From NCBI GenBank assembly GCA_002104905.1, contig MCFE01000059.1, positions 1 to 64,000 on the forward strand: a DNA stretch of 64,000 bases, written 5' to 3'. Positions within the stretch are counted from its first letter, which is position 1. Every line of letters starts with the position of its first letter. The position numbers and the translations under genes were made by a program. The stretch is from Basidiobolus meristosporus CBS 931.73. Its lineage: Eukaryota; Fungi; Basidiobolomycota. Below are positions 1 to 14,657 of this stretch, piece by piece. The notes beneath the pieces were generated by a model. It had not been told where the DNA came from. It saw only the letters and a program-made list of their open reading frames with translations, and searched no databases.

Positions 1-344
1 TCGAATGGATGGTCATACGAAGCTTCATACCTAGTATTGCACCCTAATAGATGAAATGTCGTTTCAGTGGGTAAGCCTCTATTGCAAGTACGATTTCTGG
101 AAGTCAACCAAATTTTTGTGGCTGCTCAAGGACATGTAGGAACCAGGGTCAGTCGGGTTAGATGTTCCGCTTGCCTGAAATAGTATTTGAAGTTCCTATT
201 TTGTACTCCAATCTGTGTATTGGATCAGTTAAGTGGATGAGGTTGGGAATCTATTTGCTGCGTTTACTCGAGTAAATTTATTACACCATAACACCAATTC
301 AAGAGGAAGAGAGGAAGTTTTCCGGTCAGATTATACAAAGCAAA

Positions 345-1787
345 TTAATTTTGTAAGACAAGATATTGACCCACATGCTGAGGACTTGCTTTACAATCGT
401 TCTGGGAGGCCGGTAGCTTCGGCTCCAAATAACCTACAAACTTGTTTAGTGGGCAAGCGTTTAGCTTACACCACGAGTTCTTCACTTCCAGTACTTCACC
501 GTTGTATATAACCCTAACAAAGTAATTCTTGTGGTTTCTCCAAAGTTCAAAAATAATATTAGATGCCTAACAAATTACGACAGGATTAGTGTCTAGAAGC
601 CACAATGGATATGCAAATTCACTTACAAAAGGTGGCCATCTCATGTCCTTTGCCTTTAAAAGTCCCAACAAACCAAAAATCGTGTCGTCATGCCCAGAGA
701 ATATTTCGAATTTGGCTTTGGCTTCACTATGCCGAGTTAACTGAATCCCCGAAAGTATGTTTCGCATTATCCAACCCACGACTACTGCGTTGGCTTTGTC
801 AGCCAACTCTGCATCTCGATGGGTATAAGCGTACTCTTTGTCGACCAACCGAAACAAATCGTCTGTCATCCTTTTCGTAACACATTCACCGCCTCGACAA
901 GGAAGAGGTTTTTGATGGCATTGGCGACATCTCATTGAATCCATATAAGAAACCATTGTTCTGTTAGGCCAATTGAGGGACTGTGGCGTGAGGATACGAT
1001 CCAATTTGGATTTTAATTCCTGCGCCTCTTCCAGATAGTTTTGATAATAACTAGTGTTGATCATATCGTTAGACAGCTGAGTATAACGTGGGCAGATCCA
1101 CTTGTTGAACTTCATCGTTTCGATCTCCCCTGGCTCGTAATGAATAACGAGTGGATCATGTGTGTCGTGCTTCGATTTAGGATACAGTCCGTTGAGTATC
1201 GATTGTGCAGATTGCTTGGTGCGAGTTACATCACTACTTCTGATAAATAATAGCCTAGTATCAGACAGCTTTTTGGGTAGAAATTTTAGCTTATTTACAT
1301 AGATCTCCCTTAACGCACGCCCTAAGGATATGTGCTGCAGTTTTCCTTTGGTAGTGAGCTGGCCGTTGATACAAGAGCCTTTCCAGAAGCTACTTGATAG
1401 AGAATCTTTCTTCGGGATAATCACCTGATATTTGAATTCACTACCATCGTATTCCACCTCTGGGCCATTAAGCCTCGAGTACTCCTGGACTTCATCACAA
1501 TCCCAACTGACATCATGCTCATAGGTTAGTGGCCACACAGGTGTTCTGTCACCGTGGCGAACTACTAATTGGACATGAACCAGCCGAGCATGCGGCTAAT
1601 TCAGAAAAAATGAGTGAATTCGTGCTGAAAGGTATAATATGCCGAATACTGGACTTACCAAAGGTTTGTATGTTGACTTGCTGGGCCTAGAAGCCTGACA
1701 ATAGTTGTAACCATCGTCATACAAGCTGGCAGAAATGGGAAGTACACTTGAAAAAAGTAAATAGACTACTTTCGGCCCAAGGAACAT
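345..1787 (-). CDS. Secreted histidine acid phosphatase (branch 2), spliced
   Basis: LVVRHGDRTP is read just upstream of ORF 567-1538, and the C-terminal HD motif (FSGHDDT) is present. Introns at ~1597-1658 and ~566-626. Last exon ASNIIFELW...FVRVIYNG ends with TAA at 345-347. Hydrophobic N-terminus MFLGPKVVYLLFSSVLPISA; an upstream ATG at 1865 is possible. Confidence 0.88.
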
Positions 1788-2635
1788 TGCGCAAACTCTC
1801 GATTTTATAACTCGGCTGTTGAACAGGCCCCTGCAGTATTTATACCGGTGCATTATAAAGACCAACTAGCAATGTTGGAGTTTCAGATAGTAAATGCACA
1901 ACCTACATCTTGCTCAAGATAATTGGAGTGAATTGAGTGTCATCGTCGAAAAGTGATGTGGACTATTTGTGATGAATAGGCATTATTTCGATAGTTGGTG
2001 ATTACATTGGTAGCATAAAGTTTCAAAAATCACAATAGTGACCCATGGCGAGTGGAGTTACTCTGAACTACCAATACTCCCCTCATCAAAGTCAACCTTT
2101 GTTGAGAGGCTGGATTGGATGGAATGTAGCATCACACTGAATGTAGTGTAACAATATTTGATGTATAGGTATATATATCTACTGATTTAAAGGACAATGC
2201 AAGATTTATTGGATATTTGGTTTGGAAATAGAGCCATGTCATACATACATGGTATGACGATCATTGAGTTGCACATGATCGATTTGTTTTCCTATCAGAT
2301 GAGGTGTTTAGAAAGCTTGCGAACTATAGTACGAATGAATTCTGACCACAAGATGTCCTTGGTTATGCTAATGAAAGGCTCGGAGGGTTTCGATATTATA
2401 GTAATTCACGTGCGTTGTTCATTAGAACGTTGATTCCAGAAAAGCACGTTTGCCATTTTATTTCGTTACTATAATGCCGAATAATGTGTAAAAAACGATA
2501 TTGCATGGTGATTCAATAGTAGATGTTGAGAAGTGACATCAATAGGATGTTGCTGATGGTCAATACAAAGGTCAGTCAACCGCTAAGAGAAAAATAAAAG
2601 GATGTAGACCGATTAATACCAATCCTGCAAGACAG

Positions 2636-3992
2636 TTAACATCTATCAAGTCGGTTGGTCGGTGGGTTTGGAATCCAACCTTCCTCAACTCCTTGGATGT
2701 AATTCCATTGAGGGGCATTTTCTGCCTTAAAATTCCAAAAGATCCATCCATAACTAGCCTCATAAGCGTCCATTTGCTTTTCAGCATATTGACGCAAGAA
2801 TACACGGTATGCACTGTTGAATGTGCTAACATTCCCTTCGTCTTTACATGTACATCCAGGACAAACTGGGCTGCTGGTCAGATAGGTGCCATCATACCTG
2901 GCACCCTTTTGAAAACCATTAAGCCAAGGCGTACAGTCCGTTGTAGCTAAGCTCCATTCCCCGACAACAGTGCGTATCGGGCTATTCCCCATCTTTTGTT
3001 TTTCTCCACAAGCCATGTCCAGATGCTGCTGCTGAGAAAATTTCAGGAGGTTTTCGTCGAATACTTGGTAGATATGAGTGTCCAAAACAGTATTTTGCAT
3101 GGTGCTCAAGAATTGGCCCATTTCGTTGAAGAACGAGAATCCATCGTGGCCAACTATTAATGGTTGGTAGCCAAGCCCAGTGGCCTGATGAATGGCGGTA
3201 TACGCCTGACCATAAAAATCTTGTAATACCTGGAGTGTTATTCCGGTATTCGGGACTCCGAATGGTTCGTTCAAGAATTGGATGGAGACATTGCCTCCCT
3301 CAATCTCATTTTTAAATTCGGCAGTGACGTTGGCTAGAACATTAACTGTACGCTGGATGTTTTGAGGATCTTTGGGCCAGTCAATGGAGCCTACACGCCC
3401 ACTATTATCAAATCCATTCTAGAGTCTAACTGTTAGTAGGATTCTTTGTACCAGGGATATTTAGTGTTTCACCTGAGAATTTGGAGCACCGTGTAAATCC
3501 AATAACACGTGCATGTTGTACTTGATTGCCCAATTCACTGCTTGTCGTAAATATGGATACTGTCCCTGTACGTAAGGCTCATCCTCACGAGAGTCAACCA
3601 TCCAGTAACCGTAAGGAATTCTTACTGTGTTCAACCCATAATTAGCTAATTTTTGGAAATCTACTTCTGTTACCCAGGTTCCCCAATGAAGTTGCAGCTG
3701 TCTATAAGCCTCTGATTTCCCTAGATATTGACAGAAGGTGAACTCGTCTACAGCAGCGTTAGGCTTCCCTAGAAACTGCTCAAATAGGCTCGGAGTGATC
3801 CCTGTCATTTTTAGATGCAGAATAATGTGAGCAACAACTTTACATTCGGTACTTGGCATACGTAAGCTCCTTACATGGTTCAATTAACAACCATCCCCCA
3901 AGATTTACACCACGTATTTTGTCAGGTAGCGGTGCAGCAAGACTAGCACCTAGTTTCAGAACCGTAATGAGAGTAAAGTAAGCAATTTTCAT
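2636..3992 (-). CDS. Glycoside hydrolase family 5 exo-beta-1,3-glucanase (EXG1-like), secreted
   Basis: Signal peptide MKIAYFTLITVLKLGASLAA, then KIRGVNLGGWLLIEPW, GLNTVRIPYGYW, LLDLHGAPNSQ, NEP (acid/base), DTHIYQVF, VVGEWSLA (nucleophile) and GWIFWNFK. Several short introns. Confidence 0.93.
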
Positions 3993-6669
3993 GATGTCCA
4001 AGTCCTGGAAGTATAATTTAATACGGTGGGATTTCCTTGGTCTTATCTAGTTGGAAGTGGCGGAAGTACCAGAAATACGGATGGAAAGACCTAGCTTTGC
4101 AAAAATAGAATGATGTGCCATAAGAGAGCACATCCGGGCCTTTATACATAGTCTCATGCCCTCAACCGATATTGAATCATCGTAAACACTGGTCCAGCAA
4201 GAGCTCTCATATTAAAAATAAGTTGATATTGGTAGCCAACAAGACAGTCTGGATTGATGTTATTGGTTGTACCTGAAGTGCTTTTCCATCTTTGATTTTT
4301 CCTTTCGATTATTTGACATATTGTCCGACAGACTTTACAACTTATATGCAAGTCATGTAAACGATTTGGCGGACACCCGACAATCCGGATGTCAACAGCA
4401 TTATTATTGGGTGGCAATGTATTAAAAAGACCCCAGAAGGAAAGCGACTCCATCCTCACCACGCTAAAGCGTCCGCTGGTAGTCAGAGTATTACTTTTAT
4501 CAGCTTCCAGTCACCCTCTTTGAAGGAAAGAACTATACTATGGTGCTTCTTCATCTTGTCAATTCCCGTTATAACTCTATTGAAAATGCTTCTGTACTTC
4601 GCCTAGCTTCATTCCATCCCAAGTTCTCTAGGATATTCTACGTGTGGCTTATCTACCGCCACGCTTAACAGCTGCACAGACGGCGGACATGGTGAGTCAG
4701 CCACCCATTAAGTGAAACATATTCCACATGCTTCTCAACATACATCGTTCAAAGGAATGTCCATTTGGCCTTAGTAACAATTAGCCGCTAAATATCTACA
4801 ACATACAACCCTCTGGGAATGGCCAACACAAGAAATATTTTGATGTTTGGTAACTGACAATATGGTAGAAAAGGGCACATGCTCGAATAGGATCTGGGGA
4901 AATGCGGTATGATCCGCCATTGTAATTTACCAATTATTCAATCGTTCAAGCGAACAGTGTTTATTTGATGTAGCAGATCCACCAATATTAATACGCCGAC
5001 AAGGTAGGGCGGTAATATAACCAGGCTACTGCGATTGAATTGGAATCAGAAATGATTGGTCCGACTTACTGTTCATATACGCTACGCTACCATCTGTAAA
5101 TGTAACAAGAGAAGTCTTGTGATATCCAATAACGAATGTAGAAAGTAATCACTCAACAATCATATTTATTAAGAATAGAGTAACCTTTTATAGCGAACGA
5201 TTAAAATGATTTACCAGAGCGTTATGTAGAATTGACATTCAGGGAAGGTACTGGTTTGCCACAGAATAGTGTACAAATTAGCACCCTGATACCAAGATGG
5301 AATTATTTTACTGCGTACGCATGCGTAAATTCTCTCATAGCAATGAACAATGCAAGGCAGCAGAGTGGAAGTTACAGAGTGCCACGCAGCCACTTCCCAA
5401 GTAGTACTTCTTTACGTTTCCTCACTTTATCCAGGATAAGCTGCATCGTATGAGGGCTAATCAGTCACAAGTAGATTTATTGAATATTTTAAAACTTAAG
5501 AAATGGTCGATATCAGAGGCCTAGTTAAACTCTTATTATCGAACTATTCGCCAATCAGGGCTATAATAGCATTGTTTAAGGAGTATACATTATACTCTTT
5601 TGGTGATGGTCCTGGCTTCGCTATTCCATACACAATATTGACCCTATGCTCTTACATGATACTCTCTGCAGGTCCGGAATTTACGTTTGATGCGGTTTGA
5701 CCCTCCGATTCGAATAGCCGAAAACCATAAGACTTGATTTAACAAAGGCAGGAGAGAGAGGTTAATCCCTCTCAGCATAAATTTAGCCAGGGTGTGGTTT
5801 GGTTTGCGTATGATCCTTGACTAACAGACCATTTCCTTTACAAGGGGTCCATTGTCGATTATCATACATAATCTTATGTGCAACAACTAGTTGATCACTT
5901 CCATTTGTTTAGGACAAGCATGATTTTATTAGGTTTGCCATTACGACCTGATATCCCTTCAGATTGTAGATTAAAACCTTCGTGCTACATTGGTTGCCAC
6001 TTGCCTCAATACTGTACACTTTTCATGAGGGTGCTTCCCTTGGGCAGAAGAGTAAGAAACGTAATGTCATGACAATGTAATCTTGAACACAATCAAAATG
6101 CCGTTATTTTGGTGAGAATTCCAGTAGCTTGTAACCACATGCGGAGATAAAGTTCGTGCACCTGTTCTCAGGGATATGTAATTCCAAAGGGAAACTAAGG
6201 ATTTCTGCCACATGAATCCAATAAATGCTCGAATATCTAAGGGATAGAGATTTAGTCGCTTCTTATGATGCTCATAGGATCAGCTACAGTCTCTCGTGTG
6301 AGAAAAAAATATTCTCATAGCTTCATTCGCTTTTAATCTTCGAATTCCCCTTTCTCCAAGTATAGGCGCATAGAAATCAATGGTGAATGTACTACCGAGA
6401 TTTTCAATGCTTGAATTGATTCGTGTGCGCATGATTCGTGAGATACAATGTGTGACTATTCCTCTGGCACATATCCTGTGCTGCGTGGGAAAAATACACG
6501 ATGATTATACAACTCACCCATTTCATATCAACCATAAATATAAGGGTTTCAACGGCTTCACAACCAGTATTTTAGTAACATCGTGAAGGCTTGACGCCAT
6601 TACATATATTTCAACTGACTGTATCACTCTTTAACACAGACTCCAAACTGTACTTGCCAGGCTACTAGA

Positions 6670-8852
6670 ATGTATTCTCTTTACAGAACAGCTTATCCTC
6701 GACTCAATGCGAATAGAGCCTGGCGCACTTTGCTGGTTGGCTCGAAGCGACAGTACTCCGCTGTCGATGCCCAGCAGAAACAGCCCAAACTCTTACGCCA
6801 TTCCCATGTTGTGGGTGATACTTCTAAGCCCCTGTGTGAAGACACCATTGGGGCGTTCTGGGATAGACAAGTTAGCAAATATGGGGATAGAGAGGCCCTA
6901 GTTGTCAAGCACGAAAACAACCTGAGGTGGTCGTTCCGCGAGTTTGGTGAGAATGTGGACAACCTAATCAGAGGACTTCATGCCTCTGGCTTGAGGAAAG
7001 GTGACAGAGTAGGGTACGTGTGGCCGTATGCCGGATATTGCCGTATAGACCACTCATGAAATTCTGTTACAGCGTTTTTATGCCTAATAACAGCGCCTGG
7101 GCTACACTTCAATATGCTACAGCGAAGCTTGGTCTCATCCTGGTGACCATTAATCCTGCCTATAGATCTCATGAGCTACTACAGGCTCTGCAGTTGGTAG
7201 AATGCAAATCATTGATTTTGACTCCTACGTTCAAGACGTCCAATTATGTTCAAATGCTGGAATCCATCATCCCAGGGTTCAAAGATGGGAAGCAAAATAA
7301 CCTGGAGTGCGAGGAGATCCCGAGTCTGAAGCAAATTATCATGGTGGACAACTCATTTGGAAGCTTCGATTTCAATGGTCTAAATGGTGTCACTCGCTAT
7401 GAGGATCTGTTGATTAAGAATACTCATTTGGATTCCAGTATTCGGAAACATCAGGAGCAGTTGGGCAACAACGACATAGTGAATATTCAATTCACAAGTG
7501 GAACCACCGGTCTTCCAAAGTGAGTATCCCCAAACTCTTCTGCATCATCACAACCTTGATTCATATATCAACGCTGTTTTCACTACAGGGGAGTATCTCT
7601 GTCACACCGCAATATCCTTAACAATGGTATTGCCATCGGAGATCGCATGTTGCTTACGGAAAAGGACAAGATATGCATTCCAGTTCCTTTGTATCATTGT
7701 TTCGGATTGGTACTTGGAAATCTCGCAGCCATGACCCATGGGGCTAGTGTTGTTTACCCAAGTGAAGGGTTTAACTCTGCCCTCACGCTAAAAGCAGTGG
7801 AGGAAGAGAAATGCACAGCATTACATGGAGTGCCCACAGTAAGGAAATGCGGCTCTTGCTTTGAAAGCCCTCTATTAATACATTACCTTTGCAGATGTTT
7901 ATTGACGAGATGAACTTGCCGGATTTCGACAAGTACGACCTGAGCAGCCTCAGGTAAGCAATGATAACGGGTGCTCTCTAGATAGATGATTAAATTGTTC
8001 CTTGGCTAGGACTGGCATTGCCGCTGGAAGCCCTGTTCCCATCGAAACCATGAAAGACCTTATCGCGAAGATGAACATGAAGGATATCACCATTTGCTAC
8101 GGAATGACAGAGACAAGTCCAGTAAGCTTCCAATCACAAACCACTGACGATGTAGAGCACCGCTGTGAAACAGTTGGGTCAATCCATCCACACGTCGAAG
8201 CTAAAGGTATGCTGCTGTTTGCTCGCAGTAATGCCAGATTTACTAACACGAGAGCACTAGTGATCGACCCCACAACAGGCGAGACTGTACCTGTTGGGCA
8301 GTCAGGCGAACTCTGCACTAAAGGCTATATTGTTATGCAAGGAGGATATTGGAACTCCGCTACTCAAACCTCTGAGGTTATTGACAAAGATGGCTGGATG
8401 CATACAGGAGATACTGGAATCATCGACGAAGATGGTTATTGTAAGATCATTGGACGGATCAAGGACATTATTATTCGTGGGGGAGAAAAGATTCACCCAG
8501 TGGAAGTAGAAAACTGCCTTTTCGAGATGCCTGGTGTACAGAATGTCAGCATCGTTGGAGTGCCGGATAAGAAGTTTGGAGAGCAGGTAAGAACTATCTT
8601 GGCTGCGTTTATTTGAGGGCAAGTGGTTCCGGTACTCATCAACTCTTGAAGGTTTGCGCATGGATTACCCCCAGAGAGGGCACGAAGTTGACAGAAGAGT
8701 CCGTTAAGGCATTCTGCCAAGGACAGATCTCGCACTACAAGATACCCAAGTACGTCTTCTTCATGCCTTCTGACGAGTTTCCTAAAACTGTAACCGGGAA
8801 GATACAAAAGAATATTATTCGCGAGCGTTCCAAGGAGTTCCTTGGATTGTAA
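6670..8852 (+). CDS. Acyl-CoA synthetase, ACSF2-like (AMP-binding), probably mitochondrial
   Basis: [12 protein letters not shown]-loop, [33 protein letters not shown] and [10 protein letters not shown]. Arg-rich N-terminal presequence-like region. Five GT-AG introns join the listed ORFs. Confidence 0.93.
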
Positions 8853-11673
8853 TTACATTGCATCCAGGAAGATCCCCCTAACTCTTAACGCGTAACTATG
8901 TTTCTGCTAATCGATTGACGTGTTTCCACCTGGGCGCCTTATGTGGCAGCCATGGAACTTTAACGGATAACCAATGGACAAGCTACAATCTACATTCTTT
9001 GTAACATTTACAACCTAGCATTGATACTTCTAATTGTGTTAAATCCTTTACCCACTTGAAAATAAACGAACAATTACGGACCTAGCTCGACTGAAGAGTG
9101 CAATGCACTTGATGCTCTTCATTAGAGATTTGGGCGTTTAATCAAATGTCGCGCCTGGAGGCGAGAGTAGGGGCCTTAGACGAATGCTGATCAGAGTACA
9201 GTATTGCTTCATGCACAAGATGGGACCGTTTCAACACAACCGCCTCTGAGCAATCAATGCATCATGCTACTGCAAGTGAATGGCAGTATGAGGCTGCAGA
9301 AGGGGCGGATGAAAGTGACAATCATGGCTACCCGTATATATAGATCATCACAAGATGGTTTAGAGTGGAATTGACTCGGATGTACTTGGTAAGTTGTGTC
9401 TCTCGATCGATCTATCCGTCAAATAGGTAGCTAGTGTTTTTCGGACACCGAAAGCAGGAGATCGTGGTTGAACCGATCCCTCCAGCGATTCGATGATATC
9501 GTGCATATGGTTGAGCTAAAATGAAATCCCATCGCCGCACAAAGTGGAACATTGTCTACAGCATTTGCTAGCGCCATCTATACGGATCAGCTGAGATCCA
9601 TTTGGATCATTTTGTATGAGAAACACTGGTTCTACTGCTCCCTACCTATTATTTACGGTTATTGGTGAAACTAATTCCCGATCTACACCCTCAGTAGGAT
9701 TGTAATCAAATGCTGATGCCAAATCAGGAACCCGGAAGAGACCAGCCTAATATCAACTGACACTTGGGGATAAGCACCCTAAACTGCATTTCATATTTGT
9801 CATTCCTGTAGCTACATGGCTATCCTAACAACAGATCTCAAGCTCACCCTCTCCACAGTGGAATCCGATTCAGTTTCATGCTGCACATGCGGAACTGGAT
9901 CAAGAAGGATTCTATACTGCAGTAAGTAAGCAGAAAGACATGTGTCAAGAGTTAAATTTGCACTTGAGCGGGGGCGCATTCGAGTGCTGTAGGTGGCAGA
10001 AACCGGTTATTGAAATCAAATATATACTTTCTGGTATGTCTGATGCCTGCTCAATTCGTTTGATGATGTTTTCGATTAAATTGGCTACATGGGGATGGTT
10101 GACCATCTATATTGCACAGATTAAACGCACATGGGAACCTTACAATCGCTTGTTTCGTTCTTTGGCTCAGAGTCCATTCGATTTGTGGCAGTTGCCAGAC
10201 AGATGTGGCCGCCGAGCTGGAGGTTGGGTGTGTGTTGTCATGAACCAACAGACTGCTCGGCGTACTCTATTGGGATGCAACGGGAATCTCATTGCTCAGC
10301 ACCCAACTGGAAGTGGTGTGACTAGATTTTATCGGATATGTCATATAGATGCAATGGAGTATGGTTTTTACTCGGAACAGGTCTGTCTTAAGCAGCCCTA
10401 TTGGCGAGGCGCCACTCAGGTTCTCGTGAATGACGAAAGGCTTCCACGCGCATTGATGCTATTCATGTAGACGCCCGATATTCTCTGGCGTAATAGGAGA
10501 ATCCTTGGATTAGTTCATATTTGAATCTATCTATAGTATCACTGGGGAATAATCTCGAGGCAGATGGACATCTCTGTACCCTGATTTCTCTCTTTGGCAA
10601 CTGATGCGTCCAATAAACCCAGGCAACTCCAAGACCCAACCGCGCTAACGGTGCTATTTGCGAAGTGGTGTTTTTGTAGCTATATCGGCTGCATGGGAAT
10701 TTTAGAGCAGCGCATATACTGGTTTCTCACCTGATTTGATCATCGCCTGACTCGATTCTGAATCTGGGGAATCCTTTTAATGATCTAGAGTAGCAATTAT
10801 TACAACACGTTTCAGTATGAAGCGGTAACCTAGTAGCTGCAGGCCCTATTTGGTAAGTCAACGATGCGGCGGGGACTGGGCTATTGGCAGTCCCAAGCGA
10901 ATGTAACACACCGGGTACCATTATTTCAGGTGAAAGGTCCATTGGGTTCGGGTACCTCAAACCATACTACTAAACAACCAAACTCTCAAACCTGTGTTTC
11001 TTCTTCTGACGTAATCCCGGGCTACCTGGGCGAATTCCCAATCTCCTAATGGCTGCTCAATCAAATGCATGCTTTGGAATTCAGAGGCCGTCCACAAGAG
11101 CCCAGGTAGCCGAATCTCCTGTTGCAGCAGAACATACGATCACTGGAGGCTCCGCCAGAGTTGCTGATCAACTGGAATGCGCCGATAGCGAGTCCCAGCC
11201 TCAGTCTGCTGCTTGTGGATCAGCTCTGCGTTTTGTGAGCATATGCTGTATCTCTTGATCAATCACCCAATTTCCATGGCCACCGCAGTTTGGCCGAGCA
11301 GTTGTTGCTAGTGTTCCCATTTGATCTCAGTTAGATGGCCGTTTGTGGTGGATTATGCTATCATAGGAGTGCTTTGTTATGCTAATCTGTATGGTTGTGT
11401 GGTTTAGGGAGGTTATCAAATCTGGATACCGATTTAGCCTCACGGGTTTTGAAACCAAAAACTATTAAAAAGCCACAATCCTCCCATAGCCTCTCTCGAA
11501 CTTTAATCTTTCATGAGTGACGCCTTTTTATTATCCATCATTCCTTGATAATTCCCTGCCAATATCCACCGCCATAAGCACTTCCCATTGAATTGTGTTG
11601 ACTGCACTCCGCATACGTACCTCGTGTTCATCCACTAGCCGCCCCATTTAGATCGGTTACTAACCACTTTCAG

Positions 11674-12960
11674 ATGAACTCCCTCAAAGAAGCTGATGTA
11701 GAGAATCTTTTCGCTTCAAACGAAAATCAACAACTGGAGGACACGATATTAGATCAGATGCTCAACCTAACGGATCCTCAGCCGTCTGAGGTTGAGGGCT
11801 CTAGATTGCTTAGTGAAAGTTTGGGTCCTCTTGAGTCTCTTGAGAGAGATGGCTCTTCGAAGCTATTCCATCCGGGTAAATTGGACATGCTGAATGGACA
11901 AATGGAGCCCCAATTTTTTGACTGTACCGCGAATAAAATGGTGCCAGTGTCAGATGCTCTGCTGTCGAGGATGTCTGAACCCTCCTCCTTCGCCACAATA
12001 GCAGAATCCCCCACCAACTCTGATGCGCCTGTCTCTCCTCGCTCCTCGATCCAGACTAGGAATAGCGAGTTCAACTTGTCATGGGACGACGTGCCAGGTT
12101 TCCCCCCCTCCTCCCATGTTGTCCCTCAAAGCTCAATATACCAATTCTCGGGCTATGATAATCATTTGGCATCACGACGAGCAAGCCTTCCTGAGAATGG
12201 TATGTCCCACTTCACACAGTTCCCTGATCTTTCTAGCGGCCGAAAACGTGTGGTTTCTTGGGCAGATCTGGGCAGTCACTCTTTTGAGACCAAGGAAATA
12301 GACCGAAACGATCAACAATCATCGCAGTCACTTTACGGGAGACGGTTTTCTCTGCATTTGCCTGTACATACCACCCACCAAGCCTCGAAATTCTACCCTC
12401 CAAATAATGGGTACCCAGAGTATGGAACGATGGACTTGAGTTTGAGGAATCAATTCAATCTCCCCATTGACTGCGAGCCACTTGCAGACAACAAATCGAA
12501 AGCCCATCCATATCATGGTAACTACCTGCCGAAGCCCAAATCCAAAGAGCACATGAAGCCGGCAGGGGAGAAGAAAGCATATAATAAGAGAGACTCCCAA
12601 GCCTCCAAATTGGCAAACCCGGAGCAGCCGGTGGAAATGCTCGATGATTTTTCGGACTCCAACATAGACACCAAAGACCTTGACCCTGATGAAGAACTGC
12701 TTGATAGCCCGAAACAATCACAAACAGTTGTTGAGCGTCGTCTATCTCGTCGCAGAGAAAGAAACCGACTAGCTGCGCGTCGCAGCCGCGAAAAACGAAA
12801 CCAATTTTTGAGGGAACTAGAGCAGCTAAATCAATCGCTGAATAGTGAGAACGGTGCTTTGAAGGCCAGCCTTTGTGAGGCGCTACGGGAACTGCAAATT
12901 CTGAGGGCAGCCACTTCTTCCAACCCGAATCTTGCATCAGCATCAAGCACTAGTGATTAG
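11674..12960 (+). CDS. bZIP transcription factor (ATF/CREB/AP-1-like basic region, C-terminal zipper)
   Basis: RRRERNRLAARRSREKRNQFLRELEQLNQSLNSENGAL. The ATG directly follows a CTAAC...TTTCAG acceptor, so an upstream (UTR or coding) exon is likely. Confidence 0.85.
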   Translation: MNSLKEADVENLFASNENQQLEDTILDQMLNLTDPQPSEVEGSRLLSESLGPLESLERDGSSKLFHPGKLDMLNGQMEPQFFDCTANKMVPVSDALLSRMSEPSSFATIAESPTNSDAPVSPRSSIQTRNSEFNLSWDDVPGFPPSSHVVPQSSIYQFSGYDNHLASRRASLPENGMSHFTQFPDLSSGRKRVVSWADLGSHSFETKEIDRNDQQSSQSLYGRRFSLHLPVHTTHQASKFYPPNNGYPEYGTMDLSLRNQFNLPIDCEPLADNKSKAHPYHGNYLPKPKSKEHMKPAGEKKAYNKRDSQASKLANPEQPVEMLDDFSDSNIDTKDLDPDEELLDSPKQSQTVVERRLSRRRERNRLAARRSREKRNQFLRELEQLNQSLNSENGALKASLCEALRELQILRAATSSNPNLASASSTSD

Positions 12961-14657
12961 TAGTTTTAGTATAACGACTATTGCAAGCACTTTTTGCAAT
13001 GATGAATGAACTAAAAGTAAATACAGTCTGAGGTACTTTAGTTATTGCATTTGAAGCCAAGCCCGTTCGATCATCAACCTTCCTTTACCTCAGCGCATCA
13101 ACATGTCCCAAGGTTGCTGGAGGCCATCGTAGGAGCCCTAGCACCTCTTTGAATCAACTCGTCGACCCAACTCCATTTCCTGCCTTATTTTGTTAGTTAT
13201 TGCCAAATTATGTAGTCATGATATATTCAGCCATGCCCTGGAATGTTAGTGTAAGTGTGTATAATAAAATGGATGCATATTAGTTCATCAGCTTCATATC
13301 CTATGCTACGAAGACATTCTAGAGTAGATCAATGGCTGACAAAGCTGAGCCTGATCTTCAGCTCGTTTATTTTGTTGAGTAGTGAAGCGCAATTTTGGGC
13401 ATATTTGCGTGCCAGACAGATGCAACTGATTGGACTGGGTTGACGAACAAAGAATAAGCAAGTCGATGATTTCCATCCAAGGGTGCATTCCAACATAAAT
13501 TTCAATGGGCCAACAGTCTTTTTCGAGGGGAGTACGCAGCAATGAGCAGTAGGGTTGGCACACCGCCTTTCTGCGTTGAATGAATGTTCCACCTGAGCAT
13601 CAGCTTTTGGGGAATTGTTCAGCAATGTATAGAGGATGCCTATGGGACGCCCTTTCCGCCCTTTCCTGGTTTCATTCCAAGCCTGGGTAAACCAATACTC
13701 GGTGGCCAGATGGCCATGAGATGGTTGTTCGTTTGTGTCGCAGGGTTTTCGGCACAAATAAGGGTCACCTTTGTTGCTCCCAGTATACCGGTTTGATGAG
13801 AAGATACGAGCACATGTTTTATTGCAACTCCAGATGGATTCATCCAAGTGGAACCAGTAACCAGGCCAAGACTCGCTTTGGTAAATTTCTGTTATATTCC
13901 CCTCAACAGGTGGAATACAGGCAATAAAATCCCAGTGTCCCGTTGAAGTTTAGATCGAGACTGCCATAGGGTGTTGAACCTATTGAGGATGGAAAAGCCT
14001 CGATGCATGTGAAATATGCGATGGGCTCCCGTACATGGAACTAAATGAAACCACCCTCAGAACGTGCCAACCTGGCATTTTATAACATTACTTGGCCCTC
14101 ATCTAGTTTGATATTGCAAGCTTTATACTATCTTCACAAGAGGAAACCTTCCAAAGAGACTGATGAACAGGCTCCTGTATCAGTTTGTACCTCTTTGCTG
14201 TCCAGTATAACATGTCTTTTCGTTAGGATCTGAAGCCTTGGCTAATATCAGATCTATGTGTCGCTAGAGACGCTTGTTAAGCTTCGAGCAGGAATTTGAG
14301 TCCCTACTCCAGAGCTAAGGTAATCCCTTCATCAGATAAGCCACGCTTGTCTTTGTACTGGACTACCTTCACGCACTAGTTTCCCCCGCTAGCTTTTTAT
14401 CCACGGCTCAGCATACTGCTAATAGTAAGAAGTTTCCTTTGAACAACCCTCCGCATGGTATGCTGATAAATTGGGTTTAATAATAGCCGTAGCCGTGAAT
14501 AGAACCATGTATCCCGCAAATACTGGAAATTGCTAAATCGAATTGGATTATCCAATGAAACATTTTCTTAATGGTCCATTATTGATGATAATAGGGTTTT
14601 ACTGACAAATTCACTTTCAACTACTTGACCTTTAACACACTTGTACCTTACGCAGCT

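Noticed and set aside
4154-4462. 102-aa minus-strand ORF with CKVC, upstream of the GH5 gene
   Set aside because: Non-ATG start, no second Cys/His pair and no family match; cannot be supported.
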